DNA of 44,660 bases, from contig DAOVAY010000002.1 of NCBI GenBank assembly GCA_030670795.1, positions 1 to 44,660 on the forward strand, read 5' to 3'. Shown here in pieces: positions 42,213 to 44,660 of this stretch (positions within the stretch are counted from its first letter, which is position 1; every line of letters starts with the position of its first letter). The DNA is from Methanobacteriota archaeon. GTDB taxonomy: Archaea; Thermoplasmatota; Thermoplasmata; SG8-5. The position numbers and the translations under genes are program-made. The notes beneath the pieces are model-generated. The model worked only from the letters and a program-made list of their open reading frames with translations, had not been told where the DNA came from and did no database searches.

Positions 42213-44033
42213 TCAATCTTCAGCCCGAATCACCTCTATGTCTATTTTCTCCACCGCCTTAGCCTTGGGCGGGCAGGACTGGAAACAAATCCCACATTTG
42301 ATGCACGTAGCTTCGTCAATAACGTGCAGCTGTTTCTTTTCTCCGGATATCGCTTCGACCGGGCACTTGCTGGCACAAATGCCACAGCCTATGCACTTTT
42401 CCTCGTTGATGTGATATCTTATCAGACCTTTGCAGACCTGTGCCGGACATCTCGTGTTATCTATGTGCTGTAAATACTCGTCACGGAAATACCGGAGCGT
42501 GGTGAGCACGGGGTTTGGTGCCGTGCCTCCCAGAGCACAGAGCGAGCCGTTCTTGACAGTCCAGGCGAGCTGCTCCAGTTTTTCCAGATCCCCAGGTTTG
42601 CCCTCGCCACCCTTGATTTTCTCCAGAATTTCCAGCATCCTTTTTGTACCCACGCGGCAGGGAGTGCATTTGCCGCAGGATTCCTGTTGAGTGAATGATA
42701 AGAAGTAATGGGCGATATCCACCATACAGGTTTCTTCATCCATCACAATCAACCCGCCGGAGCCCATGATTGAGCCGGCAGAGGTGAGAGATTCGTAATC
42801 CACAGGAATATTCTTCTTCTCCGCGGGGATGCAGCCGCCGGACGGTCCGCCTGTTTGCGCGGCCTTCAGTGCTTTTCCGTCCGGTACTCCGCCACCGATG
42901 TCAAAGATTATTTTACCCAGCTCGGTGCCCATCGGCACCTCGACCAGGCCGCTGTTGGCTATATTTCCGGTCAGGGCAAACACCGCTGTACCAGTACTTC
43001 CCTCGGTGCCGATCGATGCAAACCACTCCGCACCCTTGGACATTATTACCGGAATACTGGCCAATGTCTTGACGTTGTTGATGTTCGTGGGTTTTCCCCA
43101 AACGCCAGAAATAGCCGGGAAGGGGGGTCTCGGGCGGGGCATTCCCCTCTCTCCCATTATCGAGGCCATGAGAGCGGTTTCCTCTCCGCAAACAAAGGCC
43201 CCTGCCCCCCGCTTTATCTCGATTTCAAAACTTAATCCCGTTTCCAGTATGTTCTGGCCAATAAAACCGTGCTCTTCAGCCTGCTGGAGCGCGCACTCTA
43301 ATCTCTGAATTGCCAGGGGGTATTCGGCTCTGACATAGACGTATCCCTTGGACGCGCCTATTGCGTATGCGGCGATGATCATGCCCTCCAAGACCGCATG
43401 CGGGTCCGCTTCCAGTATGCTCCGGTCCATGAACGCGCCCGGGTCCCCCTCGTCTGCGTTGCATATCAAATACTTTGGTTCGCCTTTTGCATCGCGGCAA
43501 AGCTTCCATTTCTTTCCCGCGGGGAAGCCGGCACCGCCCCTGCCTCTCAGACTGGACTTCATCACCTCGTCGATTACTCCCTCCTGTGTCTTGTCCAGTG
43601 CTTTTTTCAATCCGGAATAACCGCCTGCAGAAATGTAATCGTCGATGTTCTCCGGGTCAATGTGCCCACAATTACGAAGTATGACTCTTTGTTGGTTCTT
43701 ATAAAATGGAATGTCCCGGTAATGCGGTATGTGCTCGTTGCTTTTCGGGTCGGTGTACAATAGGCGTTCCACAACCTTTCCGTTCTTTATGTGTGATTCT
43801 ACAATCTCTGCTACATCCTCAACCTTAACCTCGCAATAGAAAATGCCTTCCGGCTCGACCACGACAATCGGGCCGCGCTGACAGAATCCGTGACATCCTG
43901 TCTGTTTTACCCCCACCTCATTGCTCAGACCCGCAGCTTTTATCTGTCTCTCCAGTTCTTCCATGATAAGGGGGGACTTGGACGAAACGCAGCCAGTGCC
44001 TCTGCAAACCAGGATGTTGCGGTGTTCAGTCAC
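42213..44033 (-). CDS. nuoF: NuoF/HoxF/HydB-like NAD(P)H- and FMN-binding subunit with an N-terminal thioredoxin-like [2Fe-2S] domain and a C-terminal 2x[4Fe-4S] ferredoxin domain
   Basis: GTG start at 44033 follows AAGGAGGAGGA. Motifs are CRGTGC...CHGFC, GRGGAGFPAGKKW, ESCGKCTPCRVG, CIGCGICASKCP and CIKCGICFQSCP. Confidence 0.88.
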   Translation of the reverse strand: MTEHRNILVCRGTGCVSSKSPLIMEELERQIKAAGLSNEVGVKQTGCHGFCQRGPIVVVEPEGIFYCEVKVEDVAEIVESHIKNGKVVERLLYTDPKSNEHIPHYRDIPFYKNQQRVILRNCGHIDPENIDDYISAGGYSGLKKALDKTQEGVIDEVMKSSLRGRGGAGFPAGKKWKLCRDAKGEPKYLICNADEGDPGAFMDRSILEADPHAVLEGMIIAAYAIGASKGYVYVRAEYPLAIQRLECALQQAEEHGFIGQNILETGLSFEIEIKRGAGAFVCGEETALMASIMGERGMPRPRPPFPAISGVWGKPTNINNVKTLASIPVIMSKGAEWFASIGTEGSTGTAVFALTGNIANSGLVEVPMGTELGKIIFDIGGGVPDGKALKAAQTGGPSGGCIPAEKKNIPVDYESLTSAGSIMGSGGLIVMDEETCMVDIAHYFLSFTQQESCGKCTPCRVGTKRMLEILEKIKGGEGKPGDLEKLEQLAWTVKNGSLCALGGTAPNPVLTTLRYFRDEYLQHIDNTRCPAQVCKGLIRYHINEEKCIGCGICASKCPVEAISGEKKQLHVIDEATCIKCGICFQSCPPKAKAVEKIDIEVIRAED

Positions 44034-44505
44034 GGTCCTCCTCCTTTGACTTCTTCTCCTTCAGGGAGCTCAACATCTCGCTGGTGCTGTCCTGGGTCAT
44101 TTTACCGTGTATTTCATCGTCCAGAACCATCACCGGTGCCAAGGCACAGCAACCCAAACATGCCACTCTCTCCAGACTAACATTGCCATCCGAGGTCGTA
44201 TCCCCCGGTTCAATCTTCAGGTTACTCTTTAAAACGTCTAAAAGGGGATTGGAGCCCTTGACATGACAGGCGGTTCCCTGGCATATCTTAATCTGATGTA
44301 AACCCGGCTTTTTGAATTTAAACTGGGTGTAGAACGTGGCAACTCCGTATATCTTACTCTCAGATATGTCAAGTGCCTCTGCAATTTCATAAATCGTTTC
44401 CTCCGATAGATGGCCCTCTTCGGTTTGAATTTCCTGCAATATCGAAATAAGGCTGGCTGGGTCGTTGTGATGCTTATTTACTATCTCTCTGACTACGTCT
44501 TTCAT
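44026..44505 (-). CDS. nuoE: NuoE/HoxE-like thioredoxin-fold [2Fe-2S] subunit
   Basis: Motifs are CQGTACHVKG and CLGCCALAP. I prefer the ATG at 44505 (MKDVVREIV...), which follows TAGGAGAG. The stop overlaps the NuoF-like GTG start. Confidence 0.85.
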   Translation of the reverse strand: MKDVVREIVNKHHNDPASLISILQEIQTEEGHLSEETIYEIAEALDISESKIYGVATFYTQFKFKKPGLHQIKICQGTACHVKGSNPLLDVLKSNLKIEPGDTTSDGNVSLERVACLGCCALAPVMVLDDEIHGKMTQDSTSEMLSSLKEKKSKEEDRD

Positions 44506-44545
44506 TCGCTCTCCTATCAATGATACTGAATATTGCACCGTCTAT

Positions 44546-44659
44546 TTATGGATTAACCTTGACTCCTGTTCTCCTCTCATGGAATCTTTGCCATTCCTCC
44601 AACCCAAGTTTTCTGAACCTTTCGTAATCTTTAAGTTTGGCAGGATATTTTTCATACAA
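44546..44659 (-). CDS. partial CDS: C-terminal 37 aa of an unidentified protein; the rest lies beyond the right edge
   Basis: The minus-strand frame is open from the window edge to TAA at 44548..44546. It reads LYEKYPAKLKDYERFRKLGLEEWQRFHERRTGVKVNP. No motif is recognised. Confidence 0.3.
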   Translation of the reverse strand: MYEKYPAKLKDYERFRKLGLEEWQRFHERRTGVKVNP

Positions 44660-44660
44660 C

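Overview
This 44.7-kb window looks archaeal. It has a PGF-CTERM sorting signal, TATA-like promoters with GGAGG/GGTGA ribosome-binding sites, a group-3 [NiFe] hydrogenase, and sequon-rich beta-helix surface proteins. Nearly all genes are on the minus strand. I saw no rRNA, tRNA, CRISPR array, transposase or integrase.

Left ~31 kb (1-30728): a cell-surface protein island. Eight secreted proteins have unrelated N-terminal 'heads': GATase-like plus jelly-roll repeats, a PbH1 beta-helix, a BNR propeller, and five CxxC thioredoxin-like heads. All eight end in the same ~160-aa C-terminal module, typically ...PGEGYWVHVPADxVWVVDW-stop. I cannot assign this module to a named family from memory. Five of the eight form one tightly packed GC-rich operon (18790-30728). 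The island also holds:
- a CTD-less 2303-aa giant surface protein on the plus strand;
- two orphan copies of the family's 3' end in intergenic DNA;
- one family member with a mosaic C-terminal module;
- a very AT-rich 3.3-kb islet (membrane protein, radical SAM, ferredoxin-thioredoxin fusion, small ORF) lying between an orphan end and an intact family 3' end.

Middle (30835-33160): a PGF-CTERM-anchored WCGPC thioredoxin, a UbiA prenyltransferase and a polytopic membrane protein.

Right ~11.5 kb (33157-44505): one co-directional redox cluster. In transcription order it encodes NuoE-, NuoF- and NuoG-like subunits, NfnA/NfnB-like subunits, a group-3b-type hydrogenase (a split beta subunit whose C-terminal part is fused to gamma, then delta and alpha), a maturation protease and a flavin reductase-like protein.

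The most interesting signal is the shared C-terminal module family and the evidence that its 3' ends recombine. All calls rest on reading the translations and DNA by eye; no database search was possible.
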